Shown here one piece after another: positions 1 through 9,073 of a stretch of DNA of 10,993 nt. How positions within the stretch are numbered: the stretch's first letter is position 1; every line of letters starts with the position of its first letter. This stretch comes from Ruditapes philippinarum. Lineage: Eukaryota. The position numbers and the translations under genes were made by a program. The stretch spans positions 254,256-265,248 of the forward strand of contig NW_026852812.1 in assembly GCF_026571515.1 (NCBI RefSeq). Reading direction: 5' to 3'. The notes below the pieces were generated by a model. It was given only the letters and a program-made list of their open reading frames with translations, was not told the origin of the DNA and did not search any database.

Positions 1-120
1 TTATCTATATTTCAAGTTTTCAATATTTTAAGTACTTCTTGATTCGTGACAGACAGAAGGTAAACCTAAATTCCCCTCCAGTTTGACCAGAAACGGACAA
101 ATGTATGTAATTTCAACATT

Positions 121-150
121 ATTTGTTTTTTTTTTTTGTTTTTTTTTTTG
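121..150. repeat. Interrupted poly-T tract (T13 G T11)
   Basis: Direct reading of the sequence. Confidence 0.9.
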
Positions 151-540
151 TAACATAGATATCCAGTTATAGATATAAATGTAAAGGTAAATAACATCTA
201 TTGTCACTGCCTTCGATGAAAGTATGAATTTGTAACACAGAAAGAAAGTCATTTAACTGTTTGGGCTATGGTGAATATACATCAAAAACAAAATTGTTTT
301 ATTTTTAAATGTTATTTATTTCTCATTTTTTCTTAACCACATAATAGCACATGAGTTATACCGACTTTGATGACGATGATATTTGATGATGGTAAATAAT
401 AATGACGATGACAAAAATAGATAGTAGAAAATATGAAAATGAATAAAGAATGAGGCTGTTTTTAAATGACATATACATCCAAAGTTTTATGCAAATTGAA
501 TAAGAATTAACAAGCTGTTTACATAAATCACTCGCATAGT

Positions 541-1078
541 TTGAAACATATACATTGTATCTTGGAACATACTTGCACATGTATCTCAGAACATACATGT
601 ACCTTGAAACACTAATGTAACCTGGGACATACATGTATCTCAAAACAAACATGTATATTGGTACTTACATGTATCTTGAAACATACATGTACCTCGGAGC
701 ATACATGTACCTTGATACATACAAGTACCTTGATACACTAATTTAACTTGGAACACTGATGTGACTTGGAACATACATGCGACTTGGAACATACATGTGA
801 CTTGGAACATACAGTACATGTATCTTTTGAGATACATACATATATTTTGGGAACAAACATGTATCTTGGAACATACATATATCTTGGAACATAAAATGTA
901 TCTTGAAACACACATATTTTTTGTGAAACATATATATATGTATGTATATCTTGAACCACACATATCATGAAACAGTAATGTATCTATGAACATATACGCA
1001 TCTTGAATCATACATGTATTTTAAAACACTACTGAATCTTGAAAAATACATGTACCTTGAAAATTGGAAAACACTGCA
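541..1078. repeat. 20-bp satellite, about 27 tandem units, consensus ACATACATGTATCTTGGAAC; each unit contains the 10-bp perfect palindrome ATACATGTAT
   Basis: Direct reading shows the degenerate unit (acatacatgtaccttgaaac, acatacatgtgacttggaac, etc.) tiled head-to-tail with period 20-21. The palindromic core makes both strands look alike and produces the spurious overlapping ORFs on both strands in the ORF track. Confidence 0.9.
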
Positions 1079-2267
1079 ATTATAAACATGTACATTTAAC
1101 ATACAGTATAAAAAATTTAACAGATCACCGCTGGAAGCTGTATGACTGTCGCTAAAAGAAACAAAATTTAATATTTTTCAAAAAAACTTATTTCATATAC
1201 CCCCATCAATTCACATTTTTCACTTTAAAACAAATTTAAAATACAATATAGATAGATACTTTAAAAATCATACTCATCTTCCTTTTCAAGAAAAAAACCC
1301 TGTAAGGGTTGCCCTTCAGCCTAATTTCATTATCTGAAGAGTAGCACATGGTTAAAAAAGCATTTGCAAAAAGCCCTTTTGTCACTGACATTTAACAACC
1401 CCTTAGCATAATTTTCCTATTTTTAACAAAATAGAGTCACTTTTTTATTTCATCCTAATACCATATTAAAACAAAATTCAGGACAATAGATTATCTTTGC
1501 ATGTGTATGTAATTGTGCATATTTTTTTTCATCTACTTTAGGAATGTTTTACAACAATATTCATTGGTTTTTGTTTTTCATTATTCATAATTTACATGAA
1601 CAATCTGTGTACAAATTATGCAAAATTGAAATTTAGACATACTGTAAATCTCAATCAATTTTCATAAAGAACATCCTCAAAAGAAAGACTGTGCTAAAAT
1701 GTGCTAAATATACACACAAAAAAACTATGCAAGGGGAAATCCTGCCTCAAAAAATTTAATGTGACAAGCTCCGATAAAAACAATAAGTATTTTTTTAACA
1801 CACTTTCAAAATCAGAAAAATATTGTCATCTGTCTAAAAAAAATTCAGACTCAACTAAAGCAGTCTGACAAACTAAACAATATTGATGTTTATTATAAGA
1901 AGCCAGGGACTTTCTTATATATACATTATGTGCAACTTTATTCTCTTATTACTATTTTTATACATCAGTTTACAATCAGACAGACACTTTGTTTTGAGCC
2001 AACGTCATCCGATGACCAATTTGAAATTTTATCCAAAGTGACACAAGCTCCAATCTGTGCATTATTTCAGGCACAAATGAACTTCAAGTAAAGTCATGGT
2101 CCGTCTGTAAACTAGCTGGATATGTACTGCCTAAGAGGAAAATGGTATTTACAATGAACCCTAATGTTAAATGATGCACGACAACAGATAAAAGGACCAG
2201 TTCAAATAAATTCTCCATTAAACCAGACACATGATGATGGATTATTTCAGAGATCAATTACAAACAA

Positions 2268-2307
2268 TCTGATTGGTTGATAAAGACTCCATTGTAAAAA
2301 TCTTAAC
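2268..2307. promoter_or_regulatory. 11-bp inverted repeat TCTGATTGGTT ... AACCAATCAGA (paired CCAAT/ATTGG boxes, 26-bp spacer)
   Basis: Exact reverse-complement arms. Each arm contains a CCAAT-box (NF-Y type) core. It lies about 650 bp beyond the putative 3' end of the PUF60-like gene. No ORF or exon was recognised on either side, so a regulatory role is speculative. Confidence 0.2.
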
Positions 2308-2957
2308 CAATCAGAAAGTATCTTTTTATGAAGTGTGCCCACAAACAATTTTACTTAGGTTTATGGTTATATTAATCTTTCCACAAAATAGAATGTTTTA
2401 AAAATTGCTTTTATATAAAAAAATTGTAGTAAAAAAACCTAACAATTTTAATGATAATGTTCTACAGGTCAATGCCTTTTAAAACAATCATATAAGTTTA
2501 AACTAAACCTGTCAGATTTAATAACCTTTCTATACTTTTTATTTTTACTGTGTTAAAAATATGTACATTTGTATTACATTAGTTCTGCACTTATCTTAGA
2601 ACTACATGTATTCAATCTTAGTACGAGGAATTTCAACATTAAAACAGGCTGTTGGGACAACTCGGGTAATACACAATTGATTTTGCCACCCTTTAACTAG
2701 TTTCAATACTAAAGTACTGAAAATGCTAAAATCCACAAAAATTTAAAAGACAAAGTAGAGTCATATTTTAACAACTTTTTTCAACCCCAAACATATCTTT
2801 AACATATATCACTTTTATATTCACTGAGTGAAACATATCTCTGGAACATTCTTATAACTTTAATTAATAAATTCTATATTTCATAATTTCACTGAATCAA
2901 AAAAAAAAATTAAATTCATTTATGTTATTTTTTTTTTTCAAAGTTCTATTTGTAAAT

Positions 2958-2963
2958 ATAAAT
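2958..2963 (-). other. Candidate polyadenylation signal AATAAA for the PUF60-like transcript (3' UTR about 160 nt)
   Basis: The minus strand reads AATAAA, seen as tttatt on the plus strand, about 160 nt downstream of the TGA stop. The sequence just beyond is T/A-rich. No transcript data were available to confirm it. Confidence 0.35.
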
Positions 2964-3123
2964 TGTTTTTTATTTACATTATACACAAATCGATATCCCT
3001 GCGTTAGTCATACCATTGTCCTATTGTTATTTCGTAATCATGAAAACAACACATTTGATGTTCTAGGTAGACCTGTCGATGATGAATGATTAAAATGACA
3101 ACACATTGGGTGAAGAGATATTT

Positions 3124-3233
3124 TCAACCCGAGAGATCATTTGCATCAAACAAATCCTGATCGTATTTTTCCGCCTGCACAAGTCGTCCACCGAACCACC
3201 GTCCATTTAATGACTGGCAGCCTTTTTCCACTT
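3124..3233 (-). CDS. PUF60: PUF60-like terminal coding exon (end of UHM, includes TGA stop at 3124-3126)
   Basis: Translation (E)[35 protein letters not shown]. Human has [36 protein letters not shown]. Acceptor tgttacag|AA. Phase is consistent with the previous exon. Cumulative CDS in the window is 1455 nt = 484 codons plus stop. Confidence 0.85.
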
Positions 3234-3317
3234 CTGTAACATAAATTCAAATGACAATTTTAATTCTGCATTATGTTTAATACAGTTATTTTTGTTTTTC
3301 CATTGCCTAGCTTTTAA

Positions 3318-3360
3318 CATGCCACCAAAACATAGAGCCTAGGCAAGCCTGCACATCCCC
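3318..3360 (+). repeat. Copy C (core only) of the dispersed repeat: GCCACCAAAACATAGAGCCTAGGCAAGCCTGCACATCC
   Basis: Core matches copies A and B at about 75-80% identity. It sits immediately upstream of an 11-bp inverted-repeat hairpin. Confidence 0.45.
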
Positions 3361-3361
3361 T

Positions 3362-3407
3362 CAGTGCAGACCATAATATATATGTCAAATGATTTTGGTC
3401 TGCACTG
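3362..3407. repeat. Perfect 11-bp inverted repeat (CAGTGCAGACC ... GGTCTGCACTG) with 24-nt AT-rich loop; hairpin / possible MITE end
   Basis: The reverse complement of 3362-3372 equals 3397-3407 exactly. Confidence 0.7.
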
Positions 3408-3506
3408 GTCTATGGCATTACATTAATCAAAAGACAGTATAACCTTTAAGAAATGTCCCGTTTCAGTACATAAAATTAACTAAAGAAGTGTAGAAATGAC
3501 AGGATT

Positions 3507-3700
3507 TGTTTGTTTGTTTGTTTCATTTTTACGCCTTTTCCCAACAGTATTTCAGTCATATAGGCGGGTAGTTTCCTAACCATCGTTCCTGGAGAGTTAC
3601 ACCAGTACTAGACTACCTTCCTCCGCACAAAACTACCAAAGCATCTCCCTGGGATCGAACCCACACCAGAGAGGTAACTGGATTACAAGTCATAGAAATG
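3507..3700 (-). mobile_element. Putative tRNA-derived SINE-like retroposon fragment with (GTTT)5 / minus-strand (AAAC)n tail
   Basis: The minus strand reads ...GTGTGGGTTCGATCCCAGGG... at about 3651-3662, a canonical tRNA B-box / T-arm motif (GGTTCGAnnCC). About 120 nt of GC-richer body follows, ending in the (GTTT)5 microsatellite at 3507-3527. No clean A box was seen, so the element may be 5'-truncated. GC content is clearly higher than the surrounding intron. Confidence 0.35.
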
Positions 3701-3935
3701 ACAGATTTTTTTAAAGAGCTTGTGTAGGAAACTATACAGCTATTTAAAGCTTATACACCTTTTGGACATATGTGACATTACCACCAACCTCTTCAATACG
3801 TTAACCTCAAATGTGAACCTTTTGCCCTGATAATGATGTTTTAAGCTGTTTTGCCTCAATTGAGGTGTTTTACTATAATTTGGTTGTTTTACCTTATACT
3901 AATTCAGATGTTTTACTCTCTTTCATTCAACTTAC

Positions 3936-4125
3936 CAGCAGAATCGCTGAATTCTACAAATATTTTCACAATAACTTCAGCATCATCTTCTTCTCCCTGT
4001 CTTTCCTGATATATAATTACTCTGTTCACCTGTCCATACTTGCCGCATTCATCCGATACCTCGGCCTGTAACTCATCATCTAAATCCTCCGGACCTACCA
4101 TATTCTTCAATACCATTACTCTACT
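3936..4125 (-). CDS. PUF60: PUF60-like coding exon (C-terminal UHM / RRM3 domain, first part)
   Basis: Translation [63 protein letters not shown]. Human has [63 protein letters not shown]. Acceptor gttttcag|AGT, donor GCTG|gtaag. 190 nt, phase 0 to 1. Confidence 0.9.
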
Positions 4126-4825
4126 CTGAAAACAGAAATATTTATTTACGAAATGCTTTTCTTGTATCATATTTTTCTCTCTCTTTTTTTCCTTTAAGTT
4201 TTAGGTTTCACTGACACTGTTACTTTCTAGCTTGATTGCAATAGTGGGACCACTGATGCACACACTAGTTGGCCTTCAACTCCTTGGATTGTTTTACTAC
4301 TAAAATGTTCGAATTACTAAAATCAAAGGTGGAAAATATAAAATAAATTTCTTAAAAAATTTGGTGACTTTCTAGCATAACTAAAGTACGACTATGGCGC
4401 CATTCATTGCACTATTTCATGCATGCACAGAAACTCAAGTTGAACCAATTACGTACAATGAGCTTACTGAATAAAATTAAAGATATATCATGCTCATCCA
4501 TGCATAAAATATTTTTATCACAGAAATTTATTGAAATCTATGAAATTCTTACCAAAAATGTCAAATTTAAATAAAAGAATCAATAAACTATGTACTGGAA
4601 GTTGCGTTCCCTACTACAGGTCAAGTATAAAGTTAGTCTTTTCTTAATAAAAAAATGCCAACTATAATGTATATATTCATATTGTAACCACCATATAGTG
4701 TGTAGAATTTTAAACATAACATATCTACTTAGTAAGAAGTCAAAAGATGTTTATCTTATATTAAGAGACTGTGTAGCAAATATCAATATTTTTTAACATC
4801 AAATTTGAGTACAGTACATTTTGAA

Positions 4826-5004
4826 GTAATACTCACTTGAGATTGTCTCATTAATTTCTGCAATTAATTAATTAATTAAGCAGTTAAGTAATTTCTGTAA
4901 TACTCACCTGAGATTGTCTCATTAATTTCTGCAATTAATTAATTAATTAAGCAGTTAAGTAATTTCTGTAATATTCACCTGAGATTGTCTCATTAATTTC
5001 TGCA
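4826..5004. repeat. 71-bp tandem repeat, about 2.5 copies, spanning the exon/intron boundary of coding exon 4979-5220 and duplicating its 5' splice site
   Basis: Copies lie at 4826-4896, 4897-4967 and 4968-5004, with unit gtaatactcacctgagattgtctcattaatttctgcaattaattaattaattaagcagttaagtaatttct. The last copy is contiguous with the exon's 3' end. The minus strand reads ...CTCAG|GTGAAT (used donor), CTCAG|GTGAGT (copy 2) and CTCAA|GTGAGT (copy 1). Confidence 0.85.
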
Positions 5005-5220
5005 TCACCATGTGCCGCGCGTTACTACCACTAATCTTCATCGTCTCTTGTTGTTCTAATGTTTGATTTACTTCTTCCTCTGCCATCTTCTTCTCAGCTT
5101 CTTTCTTCTCTCGTTCTTTCTCTTTCTCCTTCTCTCGTCTTTTCTCCGAGTCCGAGTCCACCATTGAAGAGATCGCAGCCTGTAAACTGTTTCCTGTCGT
5201 TGGCGGCATCATAGATGATA
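4979..5220 (-). CDS. PUF60: PUF60-like coding exon (E/K-rich low-complexity region and segment preceding UHM)
   Basis: Translation (V)[80 protein letters not shown]. Human has ...[47 protein letters not shown]. Acceptor attattttag|TA, donor CAG|gtgaat. 242 nt = 2 + 80 codons. Confidence 0.85.
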
Positions 5221-5740
5221 CTAAAATAATAAATATATTTAGTGAGAATATAGGATAATTGTAAACATGTACGTCAAACGAGAGTACTTTACTTTTGCTT
5301 AACTGACAACAAGAATTACAAATTGAGGAATTATTATCATCATCTTAGCCGGGTCAAATGGCAACTTTGTCAGCTTTATTTAAAGCTGGAGACCACAAGT
5401 ACCTCACAGTGCATTATTTCAATTACAAGGAGAGCACCTACATGCAAGAAGAACTGTAGACCTTATGTAAGCAAACTTGATTGCTACCTCACAAGATAGT
5501 GTTCAAAGAGCAATATGGTATTGATATGATTGTAAATGTAAGCAACAAAAGGGCAAACAGGTGAGATTCAAATCGGCAGCAGTAAGAACGATGTGTTTCA
5601 AAGTCAGCAACCAAAGCTACCCAGCAATTAATTTGAGATCAGCATAAGTAACCAAATGAGAGTATGTTATCTGATTCTTAAATGTTTACATGATCAATCT
5701 TTATCTTTATCATACATGATTTCAGTTGGGTTTTTCAGAC

Positions 5741-5850
5741 TATTTAATTTAACTCGTACCCTGCTGGAACCGAAAATGATCAGTCTTTGCCACAAATATA
5801 GAGCCAGGGCAACCTACATCTCTATAGTTTTACCAGTCTTTATACTGTTG
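5741..5850 (+). repeat. Copy A of a short dispersed repeat (core TTTGCCACAAATATAGAGCCAGGGCAACCTACATCTC...ACTGTTGCTGGC), intronic, antisense to host gene
   Basis: Aligns over about 100 bp with 8586-8690 (copy B) and over the core with 3318-3360 (copy C). All three lie on the plus strand inside introns of the minus-strand gene. Confidence 0.6.
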
Positions 5851-5975
5851 CTGGCTTATTCTTTTTGTATTCTGATAATAAATTTCTTCAAACATCAAAA
5901 TGACTTTTTTAACTCCAAGCAGGGCAAAATTGTTACACAAATTCAAAACGTAAAGGATTAGGAAATCTCTGTTAC

Positions 5976-6174
5976 CTTTAGGAAGAGCTTTAGGTCCCGC
6001 CAAGCCTGCAGTGACGACACCTGGTGGTGGTATATTTGCCACAGTGGGCGGAGCTATGCCTAGAGACTGTGGTATAACTACACCAGGGCCTCCAATCATG
6101 TTAAGGTCAGCTTGTAACCCTAATTTTGGGCTACCTGTAACACCCAACTGGGTTGGGTTTACTACGCCTGGAGG
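5976..6174 (-). CDS. PUF60: PUF60-like coding exon (Pro/Gly/Val-rich linker)
   Basis: Translation PPGVVNPTQLGVTGSPKLGLQADLNMIGGPGVVIPQSLGIAPPTVANIPPPGVVTAGLAGPKALPK. Human has [41 protein letters not shown]. Acceptor tttcag|CCT, donor AAAG|gtaac. 199 nt ends in phase 1, matching the next exon's 2-nt start. Confidence 0.8.
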
Positions 6175-6473
6175 CTGAAATTAGAAATATGCATTTTGAA
6201 AAGAAGAAAATGTACTTAAAACAATGTCCAGCTCAAGGTGGCTTCAAAAACTTACATTAAGAATTCACAAAGTATTAATTAATTATTATAATCAATTGAA
6301 AAAGAATGAGACTCATTACAATCCACATGTCTACAAAACCTGTCTGCAAGAAAATTGAAAATTTCTTTTCCCTTCAGTAAAGGTGACCTTTCAATAAATG
6401 TCTTTTCAACATGTCAAATAATCATATATAAAATTAATATATAACATTTGTATTTGTATGTTTCTCCACTTAC

Positions 6474-6605
6474 AATAAGCTGCTGTTGAGCATCCATTGC
6501 TGTTATTTTAGCAGTGACTGCTGCAGCTGCTACTGCTGCTGCTGTTGGCATAGCGCCAAGACCTGGTGTCTGAGGCTGCATCAATACATCTGGTGGAGTT
6601 ATTGC
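6474..6605 (-). CDS. PUF60: PUF60-like coding exon (Ala-rich linker)
   Basis: Translation [44 protein letters not shown]. Human has [38 protein letters not shown]. Acceptor ttacag|GCA, donor ATT|gtaag. 132 nt = 44 codons, phase 0 to 0. Confidence 0.85.
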
Positions 6606-6692
6606 CTGTAATATACCAATTATAATTTATTGTCTATACGCAAGATATATAAACTATAGCAGATTAATCTGAGCTTTATCTATTTTTATACC

Positions 6693-6754
6693 TAGTGATA
6701 AAAGATCTATGTTTATTATTTTTTAGTGATGAAAGATCTATGTTTATTCTTATC
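6693..6754. repeat. 31-bp tandem duplication in intron (tagtgat[a/g]aaagatctatgtttatt x2)
   Basis: Direct reading. Copies lie at 6693-6717 and 6724-6748 with a 6-bp spacer. Confidence 0.8.
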
Positions 6755-7105
6755 ACTATTATTTGTACGTCCACTTCCTAAACAAATTGGCACTGGTTGT
6801 ATAAATGACCCCTGAAGAACTTAAATAATTGATTTATTTCGCAAGATATTTCTTGGGTTATGTATTCATTTTTCTCAAACACAAAGACATCTTTTAAATT
6901 TTTGTTCATTAAGTTCTTAAGTGCAAAGTAGTATCCATTCTTAATTATATTTTAATAATAATTTTATAAATGGCAACCTTAAATCATTGTCTGTATCAAA
7001 GTATATGTACACAATAATTGATAAAACAAAATGTATTTCTTTGACTTGTAGCAATCATTGTAAAACCAGAATAATTATAAATATTCATCACCATTCCAAT
7101 ATACT

Positions 7106-7194
7106 TAATACCAATACAAATATACAAAATAATCATTGAAATATACATAATACCCATACAAATATACAAAACAATCATTTCAATTATTTCACTT
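7106..7194. repeat. About 44-bp tandem duplication in intron (taatacc[a/c]atacaaatatacaaaa[t/c]aatcatt...)
   Basis: Direct reading. Two adjacent diverged copies. Confidence 0.7.
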
Positions 7195-7355
7195 ATTTCA
7201 CATATTAATCATTCAACTACACAAAATGACCATTCTATTTCAAATATGCACCAAAACTATTTAAATATACACAAAAACCATTCAAATTTACTCAAAAATA
7301 ATTGTTACTTTCCTAATTGACAATTGAAATATACATAAAAATATCAAATACTTAC

Positions 7356-7458
7356 TCTTCCTACTCTAAGGTATTGTCCTCCCAGATCAAACAGATTCAT
7401 GGATGCCACAGCATCTGTTGCTGATTGAGAATTTGTGTACTCTATAAAACCATAACCC
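7356..7458 (-). CDS. PUF60: PUF60-like coding exon (RRM2 RNP1 GYGFIEY and C-terminal part)
   Basis: Translation (K)[34 protein letters not shown]. Human has [35 protein letters not shown]. Acceptor ttgttgcag|G, donor AGA|gtaagt. 103 nt = 1 + 34 codons. Confidence 0.9.
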
Positions 7459-7720
7459 CTGCAACAAACATAAAACAATCATTACCATTTTTTTCTCTCT
7501 TTTTGTTCAGGAAATAGATATTGATTTTGAGTGAGTAAAAGTAGAATAATGCACCATTCCACCTCAAATGTGCAATATTTTGGGGAAAAATGTGGAGCAT
7601 TATAGAATATATGATTAACAAAACATTTTTACATGGATCTGATCAGAACTAATTCAATCACTATGGACAGATTATATCTTATGCCTAGTAAGTTAGTTTC
7701 CTGAACTGTTCAAAGACATA

Positions 7721-7900
7721 ACATTTAGTTCCTAGACAAAACATCTAGTTCCTAGACATAACATCTAGTTCCTAGATACAACATTTAGTTCCTAGACGTA
7801 ACATCTAGTTACTAGACATAACATTTAGTTCCTAGACATAACATTTAGTTCTTAGACATAACATTTAGTTCCTAGACATAACATTTAGTTCCTACACATT
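7721..7900. repeat. Intronic 20-bp minisatellite, 9 units, consensus ACATTTAGTTCCTAGACATA
   Basis: The window contains exact 20-bp periodicity: acatttagttcctagacaaa / acatctagttcctagacata / ... for 9 consecutive copies with point substitutions. Confidence 0.9.
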
Positions 7901-8400
7901 GCATTTGAGAGTTTATGCATGCTTCACTACCCATATATTCCTAAAATACCCTCTTATGTAAGCAAACTCCATTTGTCAGTGAATCTAAATAAACAGGATA
8001 TGTTTGCAAACATAAAAGCCATGTCCCAAAAACTGTTGCCTTGCAACAGTGACTGAAATTTTTTACAATGAAATATTTAACCTTAAGGTCAAAGTCATTT
8101 ACAAGCAGCATTTCAATAAATCAAAATGTATTCAATATGTCAAAATACAGTTTCCAGCCCTCCCGCCACCACCCATTATCCACAAAATATGTTGAATCTA
8201 TATATGTTTATCTAACAGAGATGATATGGCCAAAATTTAATGTTGTCCAACCTCAGACAGACCAATACCTGTACATGTGAGACCATTTATCAATACATGG
8301 ACACAAATTTTATAGAAATATCTTTAAACTCATATATACAACAATGCAAAAGATATCAGATACATTGACTTCTGTTCTGACTACCAAGTATGAAACTTAC

Positions 8401-8478
8401 TTATGTCTTAGTCCTCCTTTAGATGTTGGATCTTTAATCAGCATACAGCTTACAATTTTACCAAATGCTTCAAACACA
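8401..8478 (-). CDS. PUF60: PUF60-like coding exon (RRM2 middle)
   Basis: Translation (S)[25 protein letters not shown](K). Human has [24 protein letters not shown]. Acceptor tatttcag|T, donor AA|gtaagt. 78 nt = 1 + 25 codons + 2. Confidence 0.85.
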
Positions 8479-8585
8479 CTGAAATATAAAAATATAATCA
8501 ATTACAGCATTAACTTTGTTGAATTATATATGCTATTAACTGGTAGCATAAAATGTTAGCATTACTGCAGCTGCAAAACATTTAC

Positions 8586-8690
8586 ACTTACCCAGCTGAC
8601 ACCAAAAGTGAAAAGCTTTTGCCACCAGTATAAAGCCAGGCCAACCGTACATCTGAGAGTAGCCTGACCAGGCCCTACACTGTTGGCTGA
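8586..8690 (+). repeat. Copy B of the same dispersed repeat (TTTGCCACCAGTATAAAGCCAGGCCAACCGTACATCTG...ACTGTTGGCTGACC)
   Basis: Shared blocks with copy A: GA.ACC.AAAA.TGA..AG..TTTGCCAC...TATA.AGCCAGG.CAACC..ACATCT....TAG....CCAG.C..TA.ACTGTTG..TGGC. Confidence 0.6.
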
Positions 8691-8817
8691 CCAAATTCAA
8701 CTTTCCCATTTATATCCTCAAAATTCATTATGGACAATTCCAAAAATGAATGTTGGACAAGTTCATTCAAAGAAATCAGCAAATGAAGTGTTAATACATA
8801 CTCCAGTACTGTAAATG

Positions 8818-8820
<3 letters not shown>

Positions 8821-8849
<29 letters not shown>
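8821..8849. repeat. (AC)14 dinucleotide microsatellite, intronic
   Basis: cacacacacacacacacacacacacacac was read directly. It produces the spurious CVCVCVCV ORF on the minus strand. Confidence 0.95.
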
Positions 8850-8853
<4 letters not shown>

Positions 8854-9073
8854 CTTGTCTTATTTTTCCAAAATGTAACAAAGAACATCCTAAAAGAAGG
8901 TTACACTTCTGTAAAAAACATGCTTGTTTCAAAGAAATCTTCATCTTTCAAAAATTAATCTTTAGCGAAATACACCTTTAAAGAGTTACATTAACTTTTT
9001 ATATGCCCCAATTAATGATGAGCAGTGTGTAATATGTAAATATCTTGAGGTTAATTGATATTAGTTAACTCAC

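Noticed and set aside
356-1011. Cluster of overlapping ORFs on both strands (98, 123, 76, 72, 69 aa)
   Set aside because: They lie wholly inside the 20-bp palindromic satellite. Translations are periodic low-complexity (YMYV.RYM..., TWNIH..., CMFQVT...) and overlap in every frame. They are repeat artefacts, not genes.
1100-2950. Search for a second gene in the 3' flank
   Set aside because: No ORF longer than 60 aa on either strand. Reading both strands gave no recognisable conserved peptide. The region is AT-rich with homopolymers. I cannot exclude a non-coding RNA or UTR of a gene outside the window.
5656-5961. Plus-strand 101-aa ORF
   Set aside because: It overlaps dispersed-repeat copy A and intron sequence of the minus-strand gene. 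It has no homology signal or splice context, and it is AT-rich with a hydrophobic composition typical of random intronic ORFs.
8675-8944. Minus-strand 89-aa ORF containing CVCVCVCVC
   Set aside because: The CV run is the translation of the (AC)14 microsatellite. The remainder is intronic, and it ends with a stop exactly where repeat copy B begins.
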